Program-made: the position numbers and the translations under genes
NCBI GenBank assembly: GCA_963833575.1
Contig: CAWHXY010000004.1
Span: 512,001-576,000 of the forward strand
DNA from: Candidatus Bathyarchaeota archaeon
GTDB taxonomy: Archaea; Thermoproteota; Bathyarchaeia; Bathyarchaeales; Bathycorpusculaceae
DNA length: 64,000 nt
Direction: 5' to 3'
Shown here: piece by piece, positions 1 through 9,930 of the stretch
Numbering within the stretch: the stretch's first letter is position 1
Layout of the letters: each line of letters begins with the position of its first letter
Notes under the pieces: model-generated
Told to the model about the DNA's origin: nothing
What the model saw: only the letters and a program-made list of their open reading frames with translations
Database searches by the model: none

Positions 1-61
1 CAAAGACTAAAGATACTGCAAAAATTTTTGGGTCTATTTTGATTTTCATTGTTTTCTCTCC

Positions 62-1126
62 TTATTTGGTTATTGTAACTCGAAAAGTTAGCGTGGCATT
101 CTGGAAAGCATAACCCGTTCCTATTGGCTTGATAGTCATCACTGGATTGGCCACGCCGACAGATTTAGCCTCTAAATTCCAACTTAGAGTAAGACCAGTA
201 TTAGGGGGCAAAATCACGGGTGCATTGTTGGTCGGACCCAATAATACAACTTTATTGGTACCAGAACACGAAACTTCACAACCAAACGTACTTGGAATTA
301 CTGTGTGATTCAATGTTTCGTAATCTGCGACTTTAATAATTAACGTGGAATTTTGTCCTACACTCATCGATACGTCTGGGATTTTTTCGGATGGTGCGCC
401 GCTTCCGAAATTATAAGTTTTGTTGTTGAAAGTTACTGAAGTAATTACTGTTGTAGCTGATGGAAGGGGCTTAGGAGTTGGAGTTGGCGGAATCATTGTT
501 GTTGGAGTAGGATTTGAGGTCCAAACTGGCGTTATAGTCCAATTTGTAACAGTTCCATGGTGAAAAATACCTAAAATGACTGTAACGTTTTGGCCACTGT
601 ATAAATTTCCGAGTAGTAATGACTCATTGCCATAAATTTGAGTTGACGCATCTGTTCCGAAAACTGGAGCGAAATCAGTGTTTTCATTGGTAGTTTCGTT
701 CTGCCCATTGTCCAGAGGAATAGTCATGTTTATTTGAACTTTCCCGTCGGCTTGATAGGCAACCACGTGCAATCCTGCGTTGTAGGCTGCGGTTAGACCC
801 ATATTTGTGATCGACCCCATAATGAGAAGGTGATTATACAGAAGCGGTGTGGGATAGTTATGCGGCGAATTATATGGTACTTCGGTTACGCCCAGTGAAG
901 TTACAATATTTGGTGAAATCAGATTTGTTATCTGGCTGCTGACATTTGATGCTTGACTTTTCAGGTCAGAAACCTTGCTGTTAAGATTGGCTATTTGGCT
1001 ATTTAATGATGCAATTCTATAATTTCCGTCATTTATTACTCCGTTACAATAAATTACTGTTCCCGCAATTGCAGTAGCGAAGAGTATTGCAATCAAAACT
1101 GAGGTAGCAATTATTTTTTTATCCAT
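62..1126 (-). CDS. Membrane-anchored/secreted hypothetical protein (N-terminal TM, coiled coil, Pro/Thr linker, beta-rich domains)
   Basis: Hydrophobic N-terminus, heptad stretch LNSQIANLNSKVSDLKSQ, PTPTTMIPPTPTP linker, many N-x-S/T sequons. Confidence 0.7.
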   Translation of the reverse strand: MDKKIIATSVLIAILFATAIAGTVIYCNGVINDGNYRIASLNSQIANLNSKVSDLKSQASNVSSQITNLISPNIVTSLGVTEVPYNSPHNYPTPLLYNHLLIMGSITNMGLTAAYNAGLHVVAYQADGKVQINMTIPLDNGQNETTNENTDFAPVFGTDASTQIYGNESLLLGNLYSGQNVTVILGIFHHGTVTNWTITPVWTSNPTPTTMIPPTPTPKPLPSATTVITSVTFNNKTYNFGSGAPSEKIPDVSMSVGQNSTLIIKVADYETLNHTVIPSTFGCEVSCSGTNKVVLLGPTNNAPVILPPNTGLTLSWNLEAKSVGVANPVMTIKPIGTGYAFQNATLTFRVTITK

Positions 1127-1173
1127 TTGTTTTCAATCAACAAATGTTACTAACGGCTTTTAGTTCTACTCAT

Positions 1174-1211
1174 GGAACAGATACGGAACAAACTGTTCCC
1201 ATTTTGGAACA
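1174..1211. promoter_or_regulatory. Cluster of four GGAACA/TGTTCC half-sites, putative transcription-factor operator
   Basis: GGAACA at 1174, 1185 and 1206 and TGTTCC at 1194, upstream of the minus-strand gene starting at 1126. Confidence 0.35.
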
Positions 1212-1292
1212 CTGATAAACAGTTTATTTTGATTAATAAAATTACGGTCTTTCTAATTCCTTAAGTTTTGAAGCTAAAAAACAAAAAATAGC

Positions 1293-4193
1293 TTACAAAT
1301 TTCGATCAGGAATAGTTATGATGAATTTTGTGCCTTTGCCCTGCTCTCCTTCTTCAACTATGCTCCAACCGTAAACATCTATCATCTTCTTAATCAAAAA
1401 CAACCCAAAGCCAGTGCTGCCACCCGTGCTGAAACCTTCTGTAAAGAGTCTTGATTTGTTCTCCGCAGAGATGCCAATACCATCATCCTCATAGATCAAA
1501 TTCAGCTTGCCCGATTCTTCTTGCTGACAATACATTTTTATGGTTGTAGCTTTTACCCCGTATTTTCTTGTATTATCGATAAAGTTATAGAACATCTGCC
1601 TGAGAAGTGAATCCGCCAGTACGCTTCTGCCGTGGCAGTCGTTAAGAATCTTGATGGTTAGACCTGAGAAAAGTGCCGAAGCCTCATCTACTGCTTTTCC
1701 AAGATCAATGGAAGTTAGTTCTTCAACGCCCAGTTGTTCATACATTTTGGCAAACTCAAAAATCTTTACTGAATCCGCAACAGCCTGTTCAATCTTACCC
1801 AATCCCTCAACGATGTCAGCTTGATCCTTATGTTTCTTTTTCAGCAAATACGTGTAGCCATTCATTGTTGAAAGTTTGTTTCGAACATCATGCCTAGTTA
1901 AGCTACCTACAACGCCGAGTTTCTCATTCACACTAACCAGTTCATCCATTGTTTGGTTCAGAGCTGCTTGGGCTTTCTTGAGTTCAGAAATATCAGTCAC
2001 TATTCCAAGAATCGCTTTATCTCCATCGTAATTTATCAACTTCGACGTAGTCATTACATCAATTCTTTCGCCACTTTTGGTTATGAGTTCGTAATCGTAA
2101 GGAGGAGAGTCTTCGCCTCTCATGTGTTTAGCATAAGAGGAACGCATAATCTCAACATATTCAGGCGCGCAAAGAGAAAGAAAATTGAAGTTAGGAGAAT
2201 AGAGCTCTTCTCTAGTGTATCCCGTCATATCTTCGCATTTCTTGTTGGCGTATAGAACTTTGCCTCGTTTGTTTATGAAAATTACGTTAGGCGATTCTTC
2301 GGCGAGGTTTCTGAATTTTTCCTCGCTTTCTTTCAAAGAATCTTCGATCTTCTTGCGCTGGGTAATGTCTTCAAATACAGCTGCAAAATAGCCTTTTCTT
2401 GGGCAATAAACTGAGACAGATAGCCAAAGGCTTAGAGGTTTGAAGAACACTTCGAACCTTTCTTTTTTGCCCGTAAGCGCAACTCTTCCGTAAATTTCAA
2501 AAAGTTCAGGATTGGCTTCTTTGATGTCAGGTATTGCCTGTGTTACTCTCTTTCCAAGAACCAGATCTCTTTTTAGGCCAGTTATTCTTTCAAATGCATC
2601 ATTAATTTTAAGATAAACAAAGTCAACGGGCTTTTCTGTTTCGTCGAATATCATTTGACAGTAAGCTAAGCCATCAATCATATTAGCGAAAAGAGAATTA
2701 TGTTCTTCCTCACTTCGTCTCAGCGTCTCCTCAGCTTTCTTCAACTCATCAATGTCAATTGTATATACTCTGATATTATCGGTTTCAGGAACAAAATAGA
2801 AAGTTTCGTGATACCAGTGACCAGCAACCTTTACGTCCCTTCCAAATCTATTTTTGGTTTTATCCACAAAGGGTCCAACAATTTGATTCCAATCAGAAAG
2901 GAACGGATGGCTCAAACCTAAGTCTTCGAAGTCAGGAAAGAGTTTTTTCGTTGCAGGGTTACAATAGATTATTTTGCCGCTTAAATCGGCTTCAAATATT
3001 GCGTTTGGATTTAGTGTTGGAAATGAAGCTAAACGTGAAATTTCTTTTTCTGCCTTTTTGCGTTCAGTAATGTTTCTGGCGATTGCTAAAATTGCCGGTT
3101 TTTCCTGATAATTTATGAGGCTTGAGCTGATCTCGACTGGAATTGCCGTTCCATCTTTGGAGGTGTGTACCGTTTCGAAAATTTGATTCTTGCCAGAAAC
3201 GACACGACTCATCACATTTTTAACTTGCTCTGTACTCAGATAATTGTCAATGCCTTTAATTCCCAAAGAAAGCAACTCTTCTCTACAATACCCTAACATC
3301 TCGACAGCGGCGTTGTTCACTTCTATAAAGTTGCCTTCAAAATCAACAACCCAAGCCGATTCACCCATGCCATTAATTAAGTTTCTATAGTTTTTCTCGC
3401 TTACAATTAGGGCTTCTTCAGCTTTCTTGCGCTCCGTAATGTCTTTGCAAACAGCTACGTTGCCGAGGAATCTGTCATTGTCTGACACAATTGAAATAAT
3501 GTTGAGTTCGCCATAGCGTTTTTGTCCGTTTTTGTTCTGGTAAACTACTTCTCCTTGAAATTGACCAGTGGTCTTCAACTGTCGGCTTAATTCTTCTTGG
3601 CTAGGCTTCACCTGTATTTTTTGGAAAACATCATCAATCTTTTTCTGCAACACTTCACAGGAACTAAATCCGAATAATTCTTCTGCAGCTTTGTTCCAAG
3701 CGGTAATTATGAAGTTTGCGTCCGACGAAACTATGGCATCATGAACATTATGAAGTGCCAAGGAATCATTTTCATTCGTTAGTTTTGCACGGGATTTTTC
3801 TACTGCTGAAGAAACTAAATGTTTCAATTCACTGTAGACTGTTTCAGGTGAACCATGTTTGTTAACGTAGTAGTCCGCACCTAAATTTAGAGCCTGTATA
3901 ACAACTTCTTCTCTACCTTTACCAGTGAATAAGATAAATGGAATTTCGTTTTTCCCGTCACGTAACTCCTTTAGAAACTGCAAGCCATCTTTTTGAGGCA
4001 TCTCATAATCAGAAATAACAATGTCATATTGCCCCGTTGATAGTTTCTTGAAGGCTTCATCCACACAGCAAGCGCTGTCAAACTCAAAGCAGCTATCTAA
4101 ATCCAGCAGAATCTGTTTTGAGATCTCGAGCATGGCTAAGTCATCATCAACATGCAAAACTCGAATAGCATTCATTTTGTTCGAAGCAGCCAA
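1293..4193 (-). CDS. Cytoplasmic hybrid sensor kinase (REC - multiple PAS - histidine kinase/HATPase)
   Basis: REC (LHVDDD...SDYEMP), repeated PAS-PAC ends (DITERKKAEE), H-box RHDVRN, N/G boxes (NFIDN, DDGIG, GFGL); no TM segment. Confidence 0.9.
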   Translation of the reverse strand: MAASNKMNAIRVLHVDDDLAMLEISKQILLDLDSCFEFDSACCVDEAFKKLSTGQYDIVISDYEMPQKDGLQFLKELRDGKNEIPFILFTGKGREEVVIQALNLGADYYVNKHGSPETVYSELKHLVSSAVEKSRAKLTNENDSLALHNVHDAIVSSDANFIITAWNKAAEELFGFSSCEVLQKKIDDVFQKIQVKPSQEELSRQLKTTGQFQGEVVYQNKNGQKRYGELNIISIVSDNDRFLGNVAVCKDITERKKAEEALIVSEKNYRNLINGMGESAWVVDFEGNFIEVNNAAVEMLGYCREELLSLGIKGIDNYLSTEQVKNVMSRVVSGKNQIFETVHTSKDGTAIPVEISSSLINYQEKPAILAIARNITERKKAEKEISRLASFPTLNPNAIFEADLSGKIIYCNPATKKLFPDFEDLGLSHPFLSDWNQIVGPFVDKTKNRFGRDVKVAGHWYHETFYFVPETDNIRVYTIDIDELKKAEETLRRSEEEHNSLFANMIDGLAYCQMIFDETEKPVDFVYLKINDAFERITGLKRDLVLGKRVTQAIPDIKEANPELFEIYGRVALTGKKERFEVFFKPLSLWLSVSVYCPRKGYFAAVFEDITQRKKIEDSLKESEEKFRNLAEESPNVIFINKRGKVLYANKKCEDMTGYTREELYSPNFNFLSLCAPEYVEIMRSSYAKHMRGEDSPPYDYELITKSGERIDVMTTSKLINYDGDKAILGIVTDISELKKAQAALNQTMDELVSVNEKLGVVGSLTRHDVRNKLSTMNGYTYLLKKKHKDQADIVEGLGKIEQAVADSVKIFEFAKMYEQLGVEELTSIDLGKAVDEASALFSGLTIKILNDCHGRSVLADSLLRQMFYNFIDNTRKYGVKATTIKMYCQQEESGKLNLIYEDDGIGISAENKSRLFTEGFSTGGSTGFGLFLIKKMIDVYGWSIVEEGEQGKGTKFIITIPDRNL

Positions 4194-4420
4194 ATTAGCT
4201 ACTTCTACCTCTATTCTATCCTGATCGAGGTGCTGTTGTATTAGCCATACCCCGCTTTGAATAGCAAAGTTGATTATAAGTCAGTTATGTACCGCGAATA
4301 CTGATTCATCAAACTCTTAAATGACTCTTTAAGCGGAAACCATTGTTTTATTTTTTATGAAAGCTTTTAATGTTTGAATCAGAAATGGTAGATACATCAA
4401 TATTTAGAAGGTTCAAATGC

Positions 4421-4837
4421 ATGGTAAAAGTTGAAGCATACGAAGTGCCAGAAGGCCTTTACTTCTCCAAAGATTTTGAATGGATAAAAATTGAAAGCGA
4501 TAAAATTCGCATGGGTATCACCGATTATGCGCAGAAAGCTCTGCGAGAAATCGTTTATGCTGAATTACCCACTGTTGGAACAGAAGTGAAGCAAAATGAG
4601 CCTTATGGAACATTGGAGTCTGTCAAAGCAGTTTCAGACCTCGTGGCAGCCGTAAGCGGCACAATCGAAGAAGTCAACGATGAAGTCCAGTCTAAACCTG
4701 AGACTCTCAATGAAGATCCTTATGAAAAAGGCTGGTTAATTGTTGTTAAGCCTTCAAACTTGCAGAGCGAACTTGCAAACTTGATGGATTTTAACGCAGC
4801 TGTTGAGTGGCATAAAGCTCAAACTCAATCTAAATAA
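4421..4837 (+). CDS. gcvH: Glycine cleavage H-protein-like lipoyl carrier
   Basis: GITDYAQ and ESVKAVSD (lipoyl-Lys) motifs, LNEDPY..GW; ATG at 4421 preferred over 4370. Confidence 0.9.
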   Translation: MVKVEAYEVPEGLYFSKDFEWIKIESDKIRMGITDYAQKALREIVYAELPTVGTEVKQNEPYGTLESVKAVSDLVAAVSGTIEEVNDEVQSKPETLNEDPYEKGWLIVVKPSNLQSELANLMDFNAAVEWHKAQTQSK

Positions 4838-4853
4838 GTTGAAGGCAAATTGC

Positions 4854-6200
4854 ATGGTTAGACGCGTAATTGTTGTTGGAGCAAACGCTGCAGGTGTAGA
4901 GGCGGCTTCTGCAGCACGCAAAAAAGATCGGACAGCCGAAATCACATTGGTTACTCAGGAAAAGAATGCTGGGTACTCTCGTTGTGGTCTACCGTTTGTT
5001 ATTGGTGGCCAAATAGCGAAATTTACCGATTTAATTGTTTATCCGCCTGCATATTTTCAAATGCTGAAACTCAATTTACGCTCTGAAACAAAAGCCACTG
5101 CAATTAACACCAAAGAGAAAACCGTTAGCATAGTTACCAAAGACGGGGTGACGAAGACATTACCATATGACAGCTTAGTGATTGCTACAGGTGCTGACTC
5201 GTTTATGCCGCCGATCAAAGGTAAAGATAAACAGGGAATACTAAGCCTACGAGGAATGGAGGACGGGGAAAAAATCGATGCAGCGGTTAAAGCTGGTGCA
5301 AAATCTGCTGTTATTATGGGAGCAGGCTTAATTGGGCTCGAGGTGGGAGTTGGCCTAATTGAACGTGGATTAAAAGTTACTATAGTTGAAATGTTGCCCC
5401 AGATTCTGCCTCAGTTACTTGATGCTGATATGGCAAAACAAGTTCAAGAACATTTAGAGTCCAAAGGCATGCGTATTCTAACAAGCAAGGGTGTTGAAGA
5501 ATTTCTTGGCGAAGAAAAAGTTACTGCTGTAATGGCTGGCGGCGAAAAGATTGAAGCAGACCTATTCATCAGCGCGTTCGGCGTTCGAGCAAACACAAAG
5601 CTGGCTGCTGACGCTGGAATTCCTCTGGGTGAGACTCGAGCAATCAAAACCAATGGACGTATGGAAACAGATGTTAAAGATGTGTATGCAGTTGGCGACT
5701 GCGCTGAAGCGCCAAGCATCATTACCCATCGCCCCATGTGCGCTCAACTAGGAACCATAGCTGTTCGTCAAGGCAAAGTTGCTGGAGCAAACGCGGGAGG
5801 CGACTATTCACAATTCTCAGGAATTTTAGCTTCAGCTGTCACAATGCTTTTTGAGATTCAAGCAGGAAACACAGGATTGACCGAAACTGCAGCAGCACGC
5901 AATCGGATTGAAGTTATTACTGGAACGATTAGCAGCAAAACCAAAGCAGACTATTTCCCAGGAGCTAAACCAATAAAAATCAAACTGGTCGTCGAAAAAG
6001 AATCCCAGCGCATCATAGGCGGGCAAGTCATAGGCGGAGAAGAAGTCACCCAACGCATAAACTGCCTCAGCTTCGCCATCCAAAAAGGCATGACAGTAAG
6101 AGAACTTGCAAAAGCCGACACAGCTTACGCACCTCCACTATGCGAAACATGGGAACCCATGGTTCTAGCAGCAGAAATGGTCCTAATGAAACTGCGGTAA
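4854..6200 (+). CDS. FAD-dependent NAD(P)H oxidase / CoA-disulfide reductase family flavoprotein
   Basis: GANAAG FAD motif, YSRCGLP redox Cys, GAGLIGLE NAD motif, C-terminal AYAPP; ATG at 4854 (MVRRVIVVG). Confidence 0.85.
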   Translation: MVRRVIVVGANAAGVEAASAARKKDRTAEITLVTQEKNAGYSRCGLPFVIGGQIAKFTDLIVYPPAYFQMLKLNLRSETKATAINTKEKTVSIVTKDGVTKTLPYDSLVIATGADSFMPPIKGKDKQGILSLRGMEDGEKIDAAVKAGAKSAVIMGAGLIGLEVGVGLIERGLKVTIVEMLPQILPQLLDADMAKQVQEHLESKGMRILTSKGVEEFLGEEKVTAVMAGGEKIEADLFISAFGVRANTKLAADAGIPLGETRAIKTNGRMETDVKDVYAVGDCAEAPSIITHRPMCAQLGTIAVRQGKVAGANAGGDYSQFSGILASAVTMLFEIQAGNTGLTETAAARNRIEVITGTISSKTKADYFPGAKPIKIKLVVEKESQRIIGGQVIGGEEVTQRINCLSFAIQKGMTVRELAKADTAYAPPLCETWEPMVLAAEMVLMKLR

Positions 6201-6233
6201 CCACAATTTCTTTTTTCTTTTTCAAGTTATTGG

Positions 6234-6671
6234 TTAAGATTGTTGTTGTCTTATCTCGTAGGATGTCGTGATTTCTGCTGTTTTCTTAAGCATCGCCCCG
6301 ACCGAACAATATTTGTCGTATGATAGTTGGATTGCTTTCTCAACAGCATCTTTGCTTACGTCTTTTCCTTCGATGATGTATTTGATGTGGATTTTGGTGA
6401 AAACCGTTGGGGGCTCATCATTCATTTCAGCTTCAGCCTCAACGGAGTAATTTGAGATATTTTGTCTTTTCTTTTTCAGGATTGTAACGACATCAAAACT
6501 AGTGCATCCCGCTAGACTCGCCAAAACTGTTTCCATAGGTGTTAACGCTGTTTCTTCTCCGCCATACTTTGCAGAAGCGTCAAAATTCACCGAAAGCCCT
6601 TTCTCGTTTTTAGCTTCGAAACGAAAATTCTTTTTCCAATTCAAAACTATTTTCCTTTTGTTCTCAGACAT
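6234..6671 (-). CDS. OsmC/Ohr family protein (YhfA-like)
   Basis: TPMETVLASLAGC...KYCSV two-Cys signature. Confidence 0.85.
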   Translation of the reverse strand: MSENKRKIVLNWKKNFRFEAKNEKGLSVNFDASAKYGGEETALTPMETVLASLAGCTSFDVVTILKKKRQNISNYSVEAEAEMNDEPPTVFTKIHIKYIIEGKDVSKDAVEKAIQLSYDKYCSVGAMLKKTAEITTSYEIRQQQS

Positions 6672-6818
6672 AATCACTACTTTGAAATTGACTCTAAAAA
6701 GTCTTTGTTAAATAATCTACCTTGATAGATTACCAGAAAAATATGCCTTTTACTATTGATTTCTTTTCTACCCTAAACTCTTATATTGCTCACCGCGAAA
6801 TCAAGAATTGGTGTCTTT

Positions 6819-7034
6819 TTGACTTGTTGGAAATGGTTTAATAGTGTTTTAAAAGAAGCGGATGTACAATTAACAGCCCACAATCAAGAAAAGATCGACG
6901 AAATTATTCACAAATACATAGGCGAACAATCTGTTTTAGGACGATGCTCAGCGGATTGGAAGAAGGCCAGCAAAGAAATCAAAGCAAATCCAGAAATGAA
7001 AAACGAGCTCATCTCAAAGCTGAAAGCAACATAG
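6819..7034 (+). CDS. Small hypothetical protein
   Basis: Compact helical ORF; likely TTG start at 6819 after ggtg; T-rich tract downstream. Confidence 0.55.
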   Translation: MTCWKWFNSVLKEADVQLTAHNQEKIDEIIHKYIGEQSVLGRCSADWKKASKEIKANPEMKNELISKLKAT

Positions 7035-7156
7035 TGAGCCCTTAGTGCTAACAAATAACTTTTTTCTTTTCAGTTAAGCATTAGTCTGGAACGGACCTAA
7101 AAGATGTCAAAAGATCAGGTGAACTTTTTAGAGAAAGAAAAACAACTGAAGAAAAA

Positions 7157-7735
7157 TTACTTCTTCGAAACGGGTTTATCGATTAACGTTTTTCCAATGT
7201 TCCAAGCTTGGGCAAACTTGCTTCCGAGTTTCCAATAGCTTCTATCATTCATTACGAACAGGATAGGTTGCACTTTTTCAAAATCAACTACACCATCCGT
7301 TAAAATGGTTTCATCACAATAAGTTGCCTCTATTTGGCCAACGAAAACTTCGTGACTTGGAAAATCAACCGTTTTAATCAATTTGCATTCCATGTTAATT
7401 GAGCATTGATCAATCATTGGCGCGGTTTTCAGTTTTCCATAGAAGATTTTGAAAAGGTCTGACTTATCTTGTGTTTTACCGGAAACTAATCCGCAATAAT
7501 CGGTTTCTTTAACCATTTTAACTGAAGGAATGTTAACGCTAAAGGTACCGTTTGCTCTTATTCCAGCATTTGTATGATGCGCTTTCCCCATGCCCAGAGA
7601 AATTGAACCTAAATCCATAATTCCCACATGAGCAATTGTTATGTAATTCGGTTTATCGTTAACCAAAGCACCAATCAAAGTTGTTGGCAATGGATAAAGA
7701 CAGTTTTTGGCTCCAATTTCAACCTTCATATTCAT
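7157..7735 (-). CDS. Flavin reductase-like protein (flavoredoxin family)
   Basis: LYPLP, FSVNIP, DYCGLVSG, APMI..C..NMECK, HEVFVG motifs. Confidence 0.85.
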   Translation of the reverse strand: MNMKVEIGAKNCLYPLPTTLIGALVNDKPNYITIAHVGIMDLGSISLGMGKAHHTNAGIRANGTFSVNIPSVKMVKETDYCGLVSGKTQDKSDLFKIFYGKLKTAPMIDQCSINMECKLIKTVDFPSHEVFVGQIEATYCDETILTDGVVDFEKVQPILFVMNDRSYWKLGSKFAQAWNIGKTLIDKPVSKK

Positions 7736-7779
7736 TATTCCTAGTTGTTTAGTCTTTTAGGAAGTATAAAATGAAAAAC

Positions 7780-7971
7780 TTAGGTTTTTTGTTTCTTGTT
7801 TTGTTTTGCAGGATCTTTTTTTGGTTCTTCTTGAGCACTTTTGCCAGCGCATTTTATACAGCAAGCGGTGTATTTTTTGCCGTCGATTATGGTTGTAGCT
7901 GTTGACAGTTGGCACAATTCGGGTGTGCTTTCTGAGCTGCAGAATTCGCATTTTGTTGTCTTTGTCTTCAT
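7780..7971 (-). CDS. Cys-rich metal-binding microprotein (TRASH/YHS-like)
   Basis: CEFC...C...IDGKKYTACCIKC; start overlaps the iscU stop (ATGA). Confidence 0.65.
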   Translation of the reverse strand: MKTKTTKCEFCSSESTPELCQLSTATTIIDGKKYTACCIKCAGKSAQEEPKKDPAKQNKKQKT

Positions 7972-8357
7972 TTTTTCACCTCGTGGGTTGCTTCTTGTTT
8001 TTTGTAGAAATCCTTTATTGCTTCATGTAGTGCATCTGCAGCTAAGTTTGAACAGTGCATTTTGACCGGTGGTAATCCTCCTAATGACGTTGCAACGTCG
8101 GCCCGCGTTATTTTTAGGGCTTCTTCAAGCGTTTTTCCTTTAGCCATTTCTGTCGTCATGCTGCTAGTGGCTATTGCAGCTCCGCAACCAAAAGTTTTGA
8201 ATTTGATATCGGTTATTTTGTTATCTTTAACTTTGATGTACATTGTCATTAAGTCGCCGCAGACAGGATTCCCTACGGTGCCTACACCGTCTGCATCAGG
8301 GATCTCTCCTGTGTTTTTGGGGTTTTTAAAATGTTCCATAACTTTTTCCGAGTACAT
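7968..8357 (-). CDS. iscU: Fe-S cluster scaffold IscU/NifU-N
   Basis: YSEKVMEHF.NP, GNPVCGD, FGCGAAIA, PPVKMHCS. Confidence 0.95.
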   Translation of the reverse strand: MYSEKVMEHFKNPKNTGEIPDADGVGTVGNPVCGDLMTMYIKVKDNKITDIKFKTFGCGAAIATSSMTTEMAKGKTLEEALKITRADVATSLGGLPPVKMHCSNLAADALHEAIKDFYKKQEATHEVKK

Positions 8358-9541
8358 TATAATTTCAACTCCTTAGGTGTCAATGGTGACATTGCCCTTA
8401 ATCGATTAATTATACTAGGCATCAAGCCTATAACATATTCGACATCTTCCAAAGTGTTTTCCCTGCCCAAAGAAAACATTATTGATCCATGAGCTTCTTC
8501 GTGTTTTAGTCCAGTTGCAAGTAATACATGTGAGGGTTCTAAGGTCTTTGATGCGCATGCAGAGCCAGAGGACACTGAGACCCCGTTCATTTCTAAGCTA
8601 AGCAGCATGGATTCCCCTTCTATGAAGCTGTATCTGACTGATACATTGTCGGGAACTCGATTAGTTGGGTGACCGTTTAGGAATGTGTAGGGAAGTGGTT
8701 TGAGTAAACCTTCTATTAGTCTATCTCTTAGTTTAGTCAAATGTTCGATGTTGGTTTGCATTTCTTTTTTAGCTATTTCTGCTGCTTTCCCAAATGCTAC
8801 AATGCTAGGTATGTTTTCGGTTCCAGATCGGAGACCTTTTTCTTGTCCTCCACCATGAAGCAGAGGCTCTATGCGTACTCCATCTTTCATATAGAGTGCT
8901 CCAACGCCTTTGGGGCCATACATGTCATTTGAGGAAATAGTGAGAAGATCAATACCTAAGGCTTGTACGTCAATTGGGATTTGACCAGCCGCGACTGTTG
9001 CGTCCACGTGTAAGATAGCGTTTGTGGTGTGTACTATTTTGCTTATCTCTTGAATGGGTTCAATTGTGCCTATCTCTCCATTAACGAATACAATGGATAC
9101 AAGGGTTGTTTTGTCGTTTAATTCCCTTTTTAGGCTGGCTAAGTCTAAAGTGCCAAATTTATCCACGGGAAGAAAGACCGCTTCAAAGCCTTTTGTTGTC
9201 AAAAATTTTATTGGGTTAACTACAGACATGTGTTCTACGCTTGAGGTTATGATTTTTGTTCCCTTGTCTTTGCTGCGGTTGGCAACTCCTTTAATTGCCA
9301 AGTTGTTGCTTTCGGTTGCGCCAGATGTAAAAATTATTGATTCAGCTTTTTCAGCATTAATCAAATTTGCAACTTTAACTCTTGCTTCATCAAGTGCACG
9401 CTTTGCTTCTTGACCAGAAACATGTAGCGATGAGGGGTTGCCGTATGATGTTTTCATAAAAGGCAGCATTGCTTCTATTGCTCGGGGGTCAACGGGTTTT
9501 CCCGATGCGTAATCCATATTTACTTTTTTTGTTTTTGACAT
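8357..9541 (-). CDS. iscS: IscS/NifS-family protein, variant with PLP Lys replaced by Asp
   Basis: GNPSS, FTSGATES, SSGSAC(329); SSND(206)MYGPKG in place of SxHKxYGPKG. Confidence 0.9.
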   Translation of the reverse strand: MSKTKKVNMDYASGKPVDPRAIEAMLPFMKTSYGNPSSLHVSGQEAKRALDEARVKVANLINAEKAESIIFTSGATESNNLAIKGVANRSKDKGTKIITSSVEHMSVVNPIKFLTTKGFEAVFLPVDKFGTLDLASLKRELNDKTTLVSIVFVNGEIGTIEPIQEISKIVHTTNAILHVDATVAAGQIPIDVQALGIDLLTISSNDMYGPKGVGALYMKDGVRIEPLLHGGGQEKGLRSGTENIPSIVAFGKAAEIAKKEMQTNIEHLTKLRDRLIEGLLKPLPYTFLNGHPTNRVPDNVSVRYSFIEGESMLLSLEMNGVSVSSGSACASKTLEPSHVLLATGLKHEEAHGSIMFSLGRENTLEDVEYVIGLMPSIINRLRAMSPLTPKELKL

Positions 9542-9651
9542 TTCTCTTCACTTTAATAATAAAATTATTTTGTTCTCAAAACTTGGATGGAAAGAATTAA
9601 TGGTAAACTGTTTCCTAAGGATCCTTCTTTGGTTTTCTCACTGTTAAACTT

Positions 9652-9888
9652 TTACTTTATTTTCTTGATAACTATCCGAGTTGCATTGCCCTCTTTGTTG
9701 CTGCTAACTATTTCCTGACCTAAATTCTTCACGAGGCTGCGTATATCTGAATCAGCAGCGGGATCATCAGCAACAACTTCTAATGTCTCACCTATCGCTA
9801 ACTCGTCCAAAGCTAATCTCGTCTGGAATACTGGTTCGGGACAATATAATCCCAAACAATCAAGTTTTTTGTCTATTTTGGCAGTCAT
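9652..9888 (-). CDS. tusA: Sulfur carrier TusA family
   Basis: LDCLGLYCPEP motif, VADDP; ATG at 9888 (alternative 9906). Confidence 0.9.
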   Translation of the reverse strand: MTAKIDKKLDCLGLYCPEPVFQTRLALDELAIGETLEVVADDPAADSDIRSLVKNLGQEIVSSNKEGNATRIVIKKIK

Positions 9889-9930
9889 TAAATCCACTCT
9901 AAACATATCTACGAGCTGCTTTGTTTCTTT

